Source: an uncultured Nitrososphaerota archaeon
GTDB lineage: Archaea; Thermoproteota; Nitrososphaeria; Nitrososphaerales; Gagatemarchaeaceae
DNA: 64,000 nt
Direction: 5' to 3'
NCBI GenBank assembly: GCA_963703285.1
Contig: OY969807.1
Coordinates: 608,001-672,000, forward strand
The first letter of the stretch is position 1. Each line of letters begins with the position of its first letter. The notes below the pieces were generated by a model that saw only the letters and a list, made by a program, of their open reading frames with translations, searched no databases and was not told where the DNA came from. Position numbers and translations under genes: made by a program. Below are positions 48,674-60,490 of this stretch, piece after piece.

Positions 48674-49501
48674 TCAGGCTTGTGAGAGACTTCTGTTCAG
48701 GAATGCAAGGGAACGCGTCCAGGCCTCCTTCGCGGCCCCTTCTCTATACGTCCCGGGGTTCGTGTCGTTGAAGAAAGCGTGGGGCGCGCCTGGGTATATC
48801 TTCATCTCGAAGTCCTTCTTGTATTTGACCATCGCCGCGACCAACTGGTCCAGCGTCGCGTTCAGGCCGGCATCCTCGCCCCCGTAGTTGCCGAGGAACG
48901 GGCAGTTCATCTTCTCGACGAGCTCTATTGGGTTGGGGTTCTGGCCGTAGAAGACCACGCACGCCTGGGTCTTCCCGGTGCAGGCCAGCCTCGCCGACAT
49001 GCCTCCGCCGAAGCAGAAGCCGACGCTGCCCACCTTCGAGGCGTTGACGAAAGGCTGCGCTGCGAGGTAGGCGTGGGCCGACGAGAGCTCGTCGACGAAC
49101 CTCGCGTAGGGAAGCGCTCCCCCGAAAGCCACGGCGAAGAACTTGCCCACGGCCATCCTGTCGGCCTCCGGGAGCTTCGCTAGCTCTTCCTGCTGGTAAG
49201 CCTGGTCCCTCATCCTCCCCGGCTGGAGCGTCCTCATGAACGCCCTCACCGCGGTGAGGTTGGCGGGCGCGAAGGTTGGGGCCAGTTGCGGGTCGGACCC
49301 CATGAGATTGGGGGCGGCCACTGAGAAGCCCTCGTTCGCGAACCTGTCGGCGACCGACTCGATGTGGGGGTTGAGCCCCCATATCTCGTGTATGAGAACG
49401 AGGCCGGGGTGCATCCCTTCGTCCGAAGGGGTCGAGAGGTAGGCGTTCACCGGATGGGACGGCCCCGGGAAGCTCACCCTGGACCTTTTGAGGTCTGTCA
49501 T
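48674..49501 (-). CDS. Dienelactone hydrolase family
   Basis: HEIWGL, GFCFGG, YPGAPHAF. Confidence 0.95.
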   Translation of the reverse strand: MTDLKRSRVSFPGPSHPVNAYLSTPSDEGMHPGLVLIHEIWGLNPHIESVADRFANEGFSVAAPNLMGSDPQLAPTFAPANLTAVRAFMRTLQPGRMRDQAYQQEELAKLPEADRMAVGKFFAVAFGGALPYARFVDELSSAHAYLAAQPFVNASKVGSVGFCFGGGMSARLACTGKTQACVVFYGQNPNPIELVEKMNCPFLGNYGGEDAGLNATLDQLVAAMVKYKKDFEMKIYPGAPHAFFNDTNPGTYREGAAKEAWTRSLAFLNRSLSQA

Positions 49502-49607
49502 GATTCACGATTGGGGGCTCTTCCCTTAATCAGTCTTTTCGCGGCCTTTAGGGGGAGGCGACAACAGATGACTTTAAGGAGAGGCTCTCCAAAGCGGCAG
49601 AGCCCAT

Positions 49608-50318
49608 TTGTCGTCGATTAAGATAATACCCGAAGGTAGGGGCCTGAAGTCCAAGACGCTGATAGCGGGGTTCCACGGGATAGGCGCCACGGGTTACTGG
49701 TCGGTCAAGTTCCTGATAGAGGAGCTGAAGGCGAAGAGGTCGTTCTACATCGACTCGGAGTTCGCGCCCGCGGTCTCGTCCACGATTGACGGCATGATAT
49801 CCACCCCCTACGAGCTGTTCGTCTCCGAGGACCTCGCGCTCCTGAAGGCCGACGTCCCGCCGCTCAGGGAGAACGAGAACAAGTTCTTCAGAGAGCTCGG
49901 ACACTGGATAGTGCAGTCCGGGGTCCACGAGGTCGCGCTCATAGGCGGTCTGGACGAATCCCTCCGGACCGACGACTCCAAGTACAGGATCGTGCTCACC
50001 GACGCCATGGCCAAGCTCGGGGAGCTCAAGGGCGAGCCCGTCCTCGAGGAGGGCAGGATGATCGTCGGGCCCGTGGCCGTACTACTCAACACGCTCCAGA
50101 TGTACAACATCGCGGCCTACGCGCTCCTCGCCTACTCCAACACGGAGCGGGTGGACCCCAGAGCCTCCGCAACGGCGGTGGAGTTCCTATCGCGGCGCTA
50201 CGGTTTCAAGATCAGCACTGCGCCTCTGATCAAGGGCGCGGAGGAACTCGAGCGGGAGATGCTGGGGCTGGCCCAGAAGGACAAGGAGAGGGGCCCGTCC
50301 AGCGCCATCTACTCATAG
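49608..50318 (+). CDS. PAC2 family proteasome assembly chaperone
   Basis: AGFHGIGATG, IGGL, IVGP, DPRAS. Confidence 0.88.
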   Translation: MSSIKIIPEGRGLKSKTLIAGFHGIGATGYWSVKFLIEELKAKRSFYIDSEFAPAVSSTIDGMISTPYELFVSEDLALLKADVPPLRENENKFFRELGHWIVQSGVHEVALIGGLDESLRTDDSKYRIVLTDAMAKLGELKGEPVLEEGRMIVGPVAVLLNTLQMYNIAAYALLAYSNTERVDPRASATAVEFLSRRYGFKISTAPLIKGAEELEREMLGLAQKDKERGPSSAIYS

Positions 50319-51787
50319 CCGCTGGATCCGTCGGCCTCTGCCGGGACCTTGCCGTGCACGGTTACGGTGGAGTACCCCATCTTCCTGAGCCGCGCAACCG
50401 CGTCGCGCACGTCCCTTCTGCTGACCGCGGCGTCCGTCACGGTCTGCGTGAAAGGATAGACGAACTCCAGCTCTGCCGGGTAGGGACCGAGCAATCTGTG
50501 CAGCTTGTAGATGTCATGGCTCGAGCCCTTCCCGGCTTCCATCAGCCGACGCGGGAGGGCGGTCCTGGAGAGCGGCCTCTCGGCATCGGAGACCAGCAGA
50601 ACCGCGCCCATCGACCTCCGCTTCATGACGGCCGAAAGGGCGGCCTTCGCCGTAGAAAGCTCAGGACGGGACTCGTCTACACGGCTCCTAACGAGGAGGC
50701 CACGCTCCTTGAGGTAGGGAGTTCCTTTGGCGAGCCAGTCTCCGTTCTTGGCCATCTCCCTGAACGCTGACATCACCCTCGGATGGGAGGCGGCCCTCTC
50801 CTCGACCAGGTCCCAGAGCCTTCCCTCGGAGATAGCCTCCCTGCAGCGCAGCACGTCCTGACGCAGGAGGTAGAGGTTGTGCAGGGAGAGCTTCTTCACG
50901 CGCTCCTTCCGCTCCATCTGGACGAGATCGTTCTTCGTCGTCGAGTTGCAGACGGGGCAGCTGCAAGGAAGGTGGCTCATCTCCTCGAGGATGAGCGTGC
51001 CTCTCTCCGTCATGTACCTCCCCTGCCTCGCGAAGAGCACGTAGCTCGCAGAATCGAAGGTGTCGCACCCCAGCGCGACGGAGAGGGGGAGCGTGAGCGG
51101 GTGCCCCGCACCGAACAAGTGGAGGGGCATCGAATACGGCATCTCCTTCTTCGCGGCGACTATCATGCGGACCAGCTCTGCGAAGAGATAGTTCTCCATC
51201 AGCTCCACGGGACTACCCAGCGCGAGCATCTCGAACCCCGCCGAGAGCAGTCCCTTCGTAGAACGCCTGACTAGTTCGTCGAAGATCCCGCCCTGTATGG
51301 GACCGACCCAGGTCGTCGTGGAACCCCCGAAGGCTCTGATCGTCTCCCGCGCACCCTTCATGCTGACGCGCACGGACTCCGACGCGCTCTTCTCGGAGCG
51401 CGTGTATCCCGTCGGCTCGTCGAGGGTGACCGCGAGGTCGGAGCCGATGTCGGATTGGAACTGAGCTATCGTCCGCGGCGTAATGTCGAGCTTCCCGTAC
51501 AGCAGCGCCTGGTAGCCTCCGGAGTCGGTCATCAGGGCGCCGTCCCAGCCGAGCATGCCGTGCAGCCCCTTCTCGAGAGCCTCCTCCCTCCTTCTCTTGT
51601 GGATGATGAAGGAGTTGGTCATCAGCGCGTTGAAACCCATCTCCCGGAACTGGACGAGGGGGATGTCCTGGACGACCGGATGGATGACAGGGATGAGGCA
51701 GGGAGTCTCTATCCTGTGGGACCCGACCGCGATGACGCCGTTCCTCCCCATCAGGTCGGTCTCCCTCACCTCGAATGAGATGGTCAT
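50309..51787 (-). CDS. tgtA: Archaeosine tRNA-guanine(15) transglycosylase
   Basis: MTDSGGYQ, GPIQGG, HLFGAGHP, DTFDSASY, CSCPVC..H. Confidence 0.95.
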   Translation of the reverse strand: MTISFEVRETDLMGRNGVIAVGSHRIETPCLIPVIHPVVQDIPLVQFREMGFNALMTNSFIIHKRRREEALEKGLHGMLGWDGALMTDSGGYQALLYGKLDITPRTIAQFQSDIGSDLAVTLDEPTGYTRSEKSASESVRVSMKGARETIRAFGGSTTTWVGPIQGGIFDELVRRSTKGLLSAGFEMLALGSPVELMENYLFAELVRMIVAAKKEMPYSMPLHLFGAGHPLTLPLSVALGCDTFDSASYVLFARQGRYMTERGTLILEEMSHLPCSCPVCNSTTKNDLVQMERKERVKKLSLHNLYLLRQDVLRCREAISEGRLWDLVEERAASHPRVMSAFREMAKNGDWLAKGTPYLKERGLLVRSRVDESRPELSTAKAALSAVMKRRSMGAVLLVSDAERPLSRTALPRRLMEAGKGSSHDIYKLHRLLGPYPAELEFVYPFTQTVTDAAVSRRDVRDAVARLRKMGYSTVTVHGKVPAEADGSSGYE

Positions 51788-51897
51788 CTGGAGCCGGGGC
51801 TGGTCGCGATTCGGCTAATAAGATAGCATTCCGGTCCAGGGTGTCTTTCGGCCTTCCTCGGCAGGTCCGTCCTGTCCGAGTCTTGACGTTCCCTGTG

Positions 51898-53124
51898 CTA
51901 TCCCGGCTTCGCGTCGCTTTGCGCTTCCTTCCCGCCTGCTCTGTGTTGCTTTCTGACCGCATCCATTTGTTCTTTCAGGTAGGACGTCTGGTCGTCCAGG
52001 TCGAAGCCCCAGTCTCCCTTGGAGACATCGAAGGCCTTGGCAGGCGGTGAGTAGGCTCGGGAGGACGCCGTGTCGACCATGAAGCAGATGGACCTCTCTG
52101 CGACGGGCTCCAGCACCTCACGGAGGTAGGACATGGTCTCGACCACCTGCTCAAGCGGCACTGGGATCTCGGCGGCGTAGTCGGGCCCCAGGTATTCGAC
52201 CCAGAGGTACGGCAGCGCGTTCAACTTCTCCCTCAGCCAAGCCACTTCCTTGGGGTTCACTCCGAGGACGTCGACGTGCATGAAGGCGAATTTGTGCTGG
52301 GGGGCGAACGGTCTGCTGAGGTCGTCGTACATCTGCGTCTTCATCCAGTTCACTCCGTAGGACTGAATCATGTGCCCCTCCGCGATGTGCTGTGCGTGGC
52401 GATAGGCAGTCTTCGGGGTTACCCCTATCTCCTTTGCAATCTCTCTGACGGGCGACTCGGCGTTGACGAAGAGGTATCCCAGGATGGATACGTCCACGGG
52501 GTCGAGCTTCTGTCTTGGCGTCCTTGCTGGGAATTCTGGCGCCCCGCCGGGAGGGGGCTGCGACCATTCGAACTCCCACCTACTCCTCTTGAAATCGAAG
52601 AGCTCGGCCCGCATAGGGCGATGTCTCCGACCAGAGAAACGAAGAGTCCGGTGGACTTCGGTTATGAGCCCCGCCTCCTTCATCCTTCCCAGGAGCTTCG
52701 GGAACTCATCGTAGCGCTGTTCAGGCAGCGTAAAAAGCAGGAAGAACTTCCCGTCGGGCAGCGTCCTGTTGAAGCCGTTGATGAAGGAGCGGTCCATCCT
52801 GTCAAAGAGATACCCGGCGAGAGGGGCGTACTCGGGGTCGAGGTCGACCAGGGCGGCCGCCTCCCTCAGCCCCAGGGCTCCTCTGTCGGGGCGGGCCTGT
52901 ACGCGATACCCCTTCCTGTCGATGTTGGACCTGAACGTGTAGCTGACCTTCTCCTTGGGCTCCCTCAGCCTTCTGGCGACCTCTGCCATGTTCGGGCCGA
53001 CGACCTCCATCTCTGAGACGATTTGCGCGATAAGGCTGCGCCTCCGCGTCGATGAAGTTAAGACTGGGACGGCGTCCGAAGGGACCCCTCTGCTTAGCAC
53101 GGCGTTCTGTGATTGCCTGTCCAA
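51898..53124 (-). CDS. Tandem Lrp/AsnC-like regulator, paralogue of 29044-30228
   Basis: GPNMAEVARRL, LFDFKRSRWEFEW, second HTH, LNALPYLW. Confidence 0.8.
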   Translation of the reverse strand: MDRQSQNAVLSRGVPSDAVPVLTSSTRRRSLIAQIVSEMEVVGPNMAEVARRLREPKEKVSYTFRSNIDRKGYRVQARPDRGALGLREAAALVDLDPEYAPLAGYLFDRMDRSFINGFNRTLPDGKFFLLFTLPEQRYDEFPKLLGRMKEAGLITEVHRTLRFSGRRHRPMRAELFDFKRSRWEFEWSQPPPGGAPEFPARTPRQKLDPVDVSILGYLFVNAESPVREIAKEIGVTPKTAYRHAQHIAEGHMIQSYGVNWMKTQMYDDLSRPFAPQHKFAFMHVDVLGVNPKEVAWLREKLNALPYLWVEYLGPDYAAEIPVPLEQVVETMSYLREVLEPVAERSICFMVDTASSRAYSPPAKAFDVSKGDWGFDLDDQTSYLKEQMDAVRKQHRAGGKEAQSDAKPG

Positions 53125-53273
53125 GGTTATTAAAGTGAAGAATTATTGTCATTTTTAGCACTTTTCGACACCTATAAATACGCCAGACGCGAGTCGTGTC
53201 CAGTCAGTGCGACACATAGGACGAAAAGTCCGTCCTTCCTCCCGTGCGAACGCGCAAATTGAGGGAGCCACCG

Positions 53274-56200
53274 ATGGGTGATTCCAACTCATCAACCTCT
53301 GCCACGAGAGTGATTGCTGCCCTCGCCGTGATATCTCTTCTCGCTGTATCCGGAATACCGGTCGCGGCGTTGACGCTCGCTAACGCGTCCAAGGCCTCAG
53401 GCACAGCCGCGGCACAGCAGCCGAGCACCACGCTGCTGGCAACCCCCGCGGGCCTGCAATCTCGCGGTGGGGCTCCTGCGACTATCGCTTCCGAGAGCGT
53501 GAGCGGTATCGGGGCGTCCCTCCTGAGTCCGGTCACCACTCTGTCGCGTGGATCGGCTGGCGCATCAGTATGGCCTCTTGAAAGCTCCCAGAAGACCGGC
53601 TTCAACCCGGACGCTGTGGGTGGAGGCGGAGGGGGCGGAACTGAAACCCCCGTGTACAGCTTCCTGAGCAACAGCAATGCAAGCGAACTGGACGAGGCGG
53701 AGGGGTCGACGGTCGGGGGCGACGGGAGCTTGTACGTGGTCGGGACGACGGTCGCTTACAAGCTCATGGACCAGACCGATAGTTTGGACATCACGGTCGT
53801 CGGCGGGTTCCTGGCCAAATTCAACAGCGAGGGCGCGCCAGCCTGGATTGACAGATGGGCCAACGTCGGGACGGGAAGGTTGTCGGTAGCGACGGCTGGA
53901 GCATATGTGTACGTTGCAGGCTCGGCCTATGTGGCCTGCACCTCTCCCTGTGACCCCACCTACCAATCGCAGTATCAGGTCTCGGTCCTCGCTCAGTTCA
54001 CTACTTCAGGAGCTTTCAATTGGGCGAGGACTTGGAGCCAACCTTTCCCCCCGGATGTGTCGCCGCTTTCGTACACAACCTACTCGGATGCCGCGTTCGG
54101 AGTGGCGGCGTCTCCGAACACCGGAATGGTCTACGTGATTGACAATTCGGCGGCACTCACGACTAACTTAACACCTCTTGGAGGCGAAGGCAACGCCACG
54201 TTCACATTCACCCAGCCCTTCCTGCTGACGTACAATGCCAACGGCGGACCCCCGAAGGTTCAGGCCTTCCCAAACTGTAGGACCGAGGGTACCGCTGTTT
54301 GCAACCTGACCGCGCTCAACTCCATCGCCGTGAGGTACAATTCGGCAGCCGGCCAGGACCAGGTCTACGTCGGCGGGGAGGAGGGGTTGACGACGGGAGC
54401 CGACACGGAAGCCATGACAGCCATCGTCGGCATGTATCAGGGTGGATCGCTGGCTTGGGTCAACGCTTTCGATTTCAAGGACATCGCAGACACTATTCCC
54501 GATAGCGGTCCAGTGTCGGAAGTGACGACATTGACTGTTGCGCAAGACGGAACGATCTACGTGGGCGGCTCTGTCTATGGCACCTATGGGAGCCCTTACG
54601 GCGTCTTGCTTAGTCTCTTGGTTGACACGTTCTTCCTGGTCCTCGGGGCGGTGTGCGGTGCGTCGGTACTTTGCGCTGCCGTCGTGGGCGCGTACAATGC
54701 TTACCAAATCGTGTTCGAGCTCAACAACATCCCGAAGGCGACGGTTGACACTCTGGGACTCAAGACCGCAGCAGCGGGCTTCGTGGGTTATCTCATGGGC
54801 GTGTTTACCGACGGGCAGCAGATTTCTCAGGACCAGACTCTGAACCCGTACCCATTCGTTGCGAAGCTGGATTCTTCCGGCAATCTCATCTGGACAGACA
54901 TCCTCGGTTACGACCAGCGAGAACCGGGATCGATGATTGCCCTTGCGCCGCTTCCGACCGGTGCGGGGGGACCCGACGAGGGGCTTTACGCGGCGGCCAA
55001 CTTTGGAGTGAGAGGAGGGATAGCTCCAGGAATGACCAACGGCACAGCGATATTCTCTATCGGACCGACCGGAACTGTCCTGAGCCAGGCCGCAGTTGGC
55101 CCCATCGGTCTGAGCTACAGCGACTTCATCGCAGGGTTGAATGCGACCGCCGACGGCAACCTGGAGATTGCCGGGAGCGCCTCCGGGATTCCGCCCTTGT
55201 TCGAGGTCACAGGCATTCAGCCTTATCAGGATCCAATTGGCTCGAGCAACGTCAAGAGCGAAGGCCCCCACCCGCTCAGCGTCTACGCGGGGACGCCCCT
55301 CGTGTTCGGCTCCTACATGTACCTAGCCAGTACTCCTCCGCGGCCACCGGTCCTGACCCCCGTGAACTCAGCGATTGTCCTCAGCGACCCCCCCGCCAAG
55401 ACGGTCTCATTCAACAACGCTCCTCGGAGCGGCTCTCCCGGAATATACTGGGCGATCGTGGGGCCGCCAAACCTGGAAGTCACATTCTCTGTTGAGCCAT
55501 CAACGGCTATCGCGTCTATCTACCTTACTGCCCCCTCCGGAAGCGGCACTACTGGGGGTCCCCTCACGCTGCTCTCGGTCTTTCCGGGGGCGGGGCTTGA
55601 CGTTTCAGTGCCGACCTTCTCTCAGCTCTATCCCTCTAGCGGTTATCAGTTTCCGACGTGGACATCCACGGGTCTCGTCACTATCAACAAGGGTAATCCC
55701 TGCTGTGGAGTCGATGCTACTGTCTACGGAGGAGGCTCGGTGACTGCCAACTTCGCCACGTACTTCCAAGTCCGGCTTACTCCAACCTCCTCCGAAGCAG
55801 CGATACCCAGCGGCGGCAACGGGGTAAGCGTCAGCTCAGAGGTGCAGGTCTCGCAGACCCTTCAGTTTAGCGCGCCTGACTCTGGCCTCGTCGGTCTTAC
55901 GGCCTCTGGTCCGTCCGACCTCAACTTCCAGATTGCCTTTACTTGCCAGTCTAGCTCCTACTGCAGTTACGAACCGCCCGGTCAAACCCCAACGTGCATA
56001 ATCGGCTGGGGACTCCCCTACACTTGCACCGTTCCGATGAAGGTCACGGTTCCGTCGTCGACGCCGCCGGGTACGTACGCGGTCACTGTAACGGGGACAA
56101 GCGACATGGGAACTGCGCCGATTTCCGTAGCGACGTACACAATCACAATCCTACCGCCCCTGGTCGTCACCGTGACTCCCGCCAGTCCCTCGATTGATCT

Positions 56201-59200
56201 GGGGCAATCGATTACCCTCACCGCCAATCCGTCGGGAGGATCAGGAATGCACTTCTCGTACCAGTGGTACTCCAACGCAGCGTGCACCACGTCTATCTCG
56301 GGCGCGACATCTGCTTCCTACAAGAGCTCACCGGCTGCCACGACCACGTTCTGCGTCAAGATCACCGACTCGGCTAGCAGCCCCTCCAGTGGGACTGCAA
56401 CCGATGTCGTAAAGGTGAACCCCGCTCTCACTGCGGGACCGATAACATCCTCAGCGTCGACGATCAGCAGCGGGCAGTCAGTAACTCTGACCGCCAATCC
56501 AGCTGGGGGAACCGGCAAGTATTCCTATGTTTGGTACTCTGGTGGGAGCGCGACGTGCTCTTCCGATCGCGTGGTGAGCGGTCAGACGGGAGCCACCTAC
56601 TCTCCCTCACCGACGTCGAGCACCTATTACTGCTACCGGGTCAGTGACAGCGCCTTCATCCCGTCGACAGCCACCTCCGCCACCTACGAGGTAGTGGTCG
56701 GCTCCTCAGGGGCCTTGAGCATATCTCCCTCAAGCGGTCAGGATGGCACTGTGGTCTCACTCAGCGGGTCGGGCTACGCCCCATCTACGGCCTATGACTT
56801 CTGTTACTCTGCGACCGATTCGGCCTGCTCCTCCTATGCCTTCACCTCTACAGCAACCGGAACGATACCTTCGGGCACCACATTCGCAGCCTATGGCTCG
56901 CCAGGGACATACTACGTGACCACGGAGCATGGCGGTGTGCTCATCGGCTCCGCGACGTTCGCCCTTGCCGACCCTTCGACACTGTCCGTTAGTCCCACAT
57001 CCGGACCCGACGGCACCGTTGTCACCCTGAGTGGGTCTGACTACGCTCCGTCCACATCCTACGACTACTGCTACTCGGCCAGCGACTCCGTATGCTATTC
57101 CTACACCTTCACCTCGACGGCGGGCGGCACCATCCCCGTAGGGACGACATTCACGACCTCAGGAGCTGCGGGGACCTACTACGTAACCACGGAGTACGCG
57201 GGCGTCCTCCTCGCGTCGGCCACCTTCACCGTGGCAATTGCTAGTGGTCTTCCTTCAACTGTTTCTGGCATATCTGGTGTAACGACAGTATGCTATTATG
57301 ACGGCTACTACTACGTCTTTGGTAGCGGTGGTCCCGAGGGTGGGCCCGCCTATGTGACGTCCAGTGATGGGGGGAACACCTGGTCATCTGCCACTCAGAT
57401 ATTTAGTGCTGGAGGCGGAAATTATCCGTTCACCGTCTCCTGCGATGGGAGCGGTGGAGTCTATTTTGCTTCAGGATACAGTGGTTCATACTCTGAGTCC
57501 TCCTATTGGCAATACGCTTATGGGACAATGTCAAGCGGCTCGATCAGCTTTTCAAGTTTTGTAGCAGAAGAATGTGAGCACGAGGGCGAATGGTGCTTAC
57601 CTCAATCAATCTACGGATATTCGTCCAATGATGTGGTTGTTGCAGTATCGAGCAACAGCGGAGGATTCTGCGGGACCGATGAGAATTCCTGTTTCGTTGA
57701 GGTCTGGCAATGCACGACATCCTGTGCGACAGGTGAAGTACAGGTTATTGGCGGGGAGGACTTCCTCATTGGCTCCAATTGGAATCACATGTATGCGTCC
57801 AACTCTTATTCCTGCGAGCCAACTTCTTCTTATCAGAACTCGTGTTCCATTTTTGGGCTCGGTTCAACAAGTAGATATGTTGTCGTCGCAACAGCCAACA
57901 GCACTGATTTTGATTCTGGGAATGTTGTCTCTATAGAGACAATCAACGGTGGGTCGACATTTACAGTAGTTAATTCTGGATTCGATGGCGGCAACGCCGG
58001 TTTTCTTTTCTTGGGTCAATGTCAAGCGGTTTCAACCACGGTTTATTGCGCTGGAAGTGTTCTTTCTTCATACGAGAATCCAGGGGCAACACTCTACAAC
58101 GTTTACTTGCTTTCTTACACGGATGGGGCAAGCAGCTGGAACACCTATGAAGCTTGCACCAATTGCGGGGCAGACGATACTGGTGTGGCACTAGTAACTA
58201 ACAGCACGACTGCCATGTTGGTGTTTGGTGACGGAACAACAGACTCTCAGGTGGATTGGGTTTATACGAGTCTGTCATCAATTTCCTTCTCTTCGGTCTC
58301 GCCTCTGGCTACCGGTGAATCTACTCCATTGAGTCAATTCTACTGGAAAGGGACATCAGGCACGGTTAACGGGCAAGGCGGAGCCGTTTGGGTAGCAGAT
58401 AACGGAGATAGGTTTGGCCTAGGTAGGCACCTTCACCGTCACCCAACCGGCGACCCTTACGATCTCGCCTACTAGCGGTCCTGGCGGCACCGTCGTCACC
58501 CTCACAGGCTCAGGCTACGCCGCCTCCACCGCCTACGACTTCTGCTACTCCGCCATCGCCGTCGCCATCGCGTGCGACGACGGGTCGTTCACGTCGACCG
58601 CCACCGGCACTATCCCGGCGGGAGTCACCTACACCGCCTCAGGCGCGGTCGGCATGTGGTACCTCACCACCGAGTACGCCAGCGTGGTCCTCGCGTCCAC
58701 GACCTTCACGGTGACTGCTGGGGAGACGCTTGCGATCTCGCCCATCAACGGTCCTGGCGGCACCGTCGTCACCCTCACAGGCTCAGGCTACGCCGCCTCC
58801 ACCGCCTACGACTTCTGCTACTCCACCACCGCCATCGCGTGCGACGACGGGTCGTTCACCACCACCGCGGCGGGCGCGATACCATCCGGAGTGACCTGGA
58901 CGGCCTCGGGAGCCGCTGACACCTACTACCTCACCACCGAGTATGGAGGCGTCCTACTAGGCATCCGCTGAGTTCACTCTGAACTCTGGGGTGTCAACTT
59001 CGACCTCAAGCTCGACAACATCCAGCTCGTCCACGAGCACCAATGGCGCGGATATGATTGCTTCTAATGTTGGACAGTTTGTGTTGATGCCTCAGGTCTG
59101 TTACAGCAGCGGCTACTACCTTGCGTTCTACATAAACACGGCAGGTGACTTGGCTTATGTCTCGTCGCAGACTGGTTCATCATGGTCGAGCTCCTCAAAC

Positions 59201-60490
59201 ACGGGCCTTGTAGACTACGCTCCAACCGATCAAAATTTCGGCAACTTCGGTGTGTACTGTGGTAGTTCCGGGAACGTTTACACCGCGACTTCTGCATCGG
59301 CCACCACGTGGCACTTTGAGGAATGGACGTCCTCTGGCGGGATTTTGACTGCCAGCGAGTCCGTCTCGATCACCTGCAGTTACGGTGGATATTTCTGTGC
59401 CAATTCAGCTAACAGTGACTATCCCACATCCATATTTGCATACAGTACTTCGAGTGTGTTTGTTGGCTTGACCTCGGCCGTGACAAGCACCGGTGCGTGG
59501 CATTCCGAAATATGGGAGTGTTCGTCTAGCTGTGGAAGCTCAAGCAGCTGGGCTGATGTTGCGAGTCAGACCACCTACAGCTTGCTAACTGTTCAGGGCT
59601 TCGGTTCGAGCGCGTCGTCAGGTCAAATTGCTGTATTCTCCTTGGTAAGTGGAAGTAACAGCTACTATTACGCGCTATCAAGCGCATCAAATTGGGGTGG
59701 GAGTTACATCACAACCGGGCTATCAGACTTTTATTACTTGGGCGGCAGCTACAATAATCCCACTTGCCTCACGTGGGGTACAAACACCCTATACTGCGCG
59801 GCAGGAGCTTACTCAGGTTCTGGTAGCGGTGTCTATTTCGACACCTTCACTTCGGGCGGGTCTTCGTGGACACAACAGAAGATGGATAACAACAACGGAG
59901 CCTTTGGCTTCTTTTTGAGTTCAGATGGCACGAACGTAGTTGAGTCATACACCCTCGTATCTAACAACTACCCTGTTTATCAAACAGCGACACTTAGTAC
60001 ATCGCCTACGTGGTCGGGTGAGCTGGCCCTTGAGTCAAGCCCAACAGGAGGGAACATTTGGGCAACACCAACGCTCCAGTCAACAGCGGCTGGTCTAGTT
60101 TGGATCCCGGAGGAAAGCGGCGACTTGTACTTTGCTTTGACCAGCGCGATTTCGACGAACGGAGCTCTGCCAGTTGGTTGCAGTCCTGGCGATGCCAGCT
60201 CTCCGGGTTCGAACGCCTCCACATCAGATACCTCACCAAGCTCAGCGACAATCAACTCGAGAGCCGGAGATTGTTCCTACAGCGTAGCTCCCGGGTCCCC
60301 GGTTCCTCTGCTCACGGCCGCCCCCTCTATTCCTCTCGCCTTCCTTGCGGGCGTCTTGCTCGCCGGCCTCTTTATGAGGCGAATTCGTAAAGGCTCTCTG
60401 CAAGGTAGGCTTGGCGAAGCAGCCCTCTCGGGCCGCTCTTGGCAATGGAGTGTAGTAAGCGATGTCAGACGGTCCCGAACGCCCGCCTAG
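53274..60490 (+). CDS. Giant modular surface protein (~2400 aa after correcting two +1 frameshifts at ~58422 and ~58960)
   Basis: Signal peptide, propeller repeats (DGSLYVVG, DGTIYVGG, FVAKLDSSG), Ig/PKD-like domains, four ISPxxGxxGTVVxLxGSxY repeats, two Asp-box-like propellers, C-terminal TM plus RRIRK. Confidence 0.85.
58476..58824 (+). repeat. 76-nt identical direct repeat (58476-58551 and 58749-58824)
   Basis: CGGTCCTGGCGGCACC...TTCTGCTACTCC occurs twice, 273 nt apart, encoding tandem Ig modules. Confidence 0.9.

Noticed and set aside
53195-53240. Two small hairpins and tiny GTG ORFs in the leader of the giant gene
   Set aside because: Stems of only 5-6 bp, and the ORFs do not resemble the 28973 peptide.
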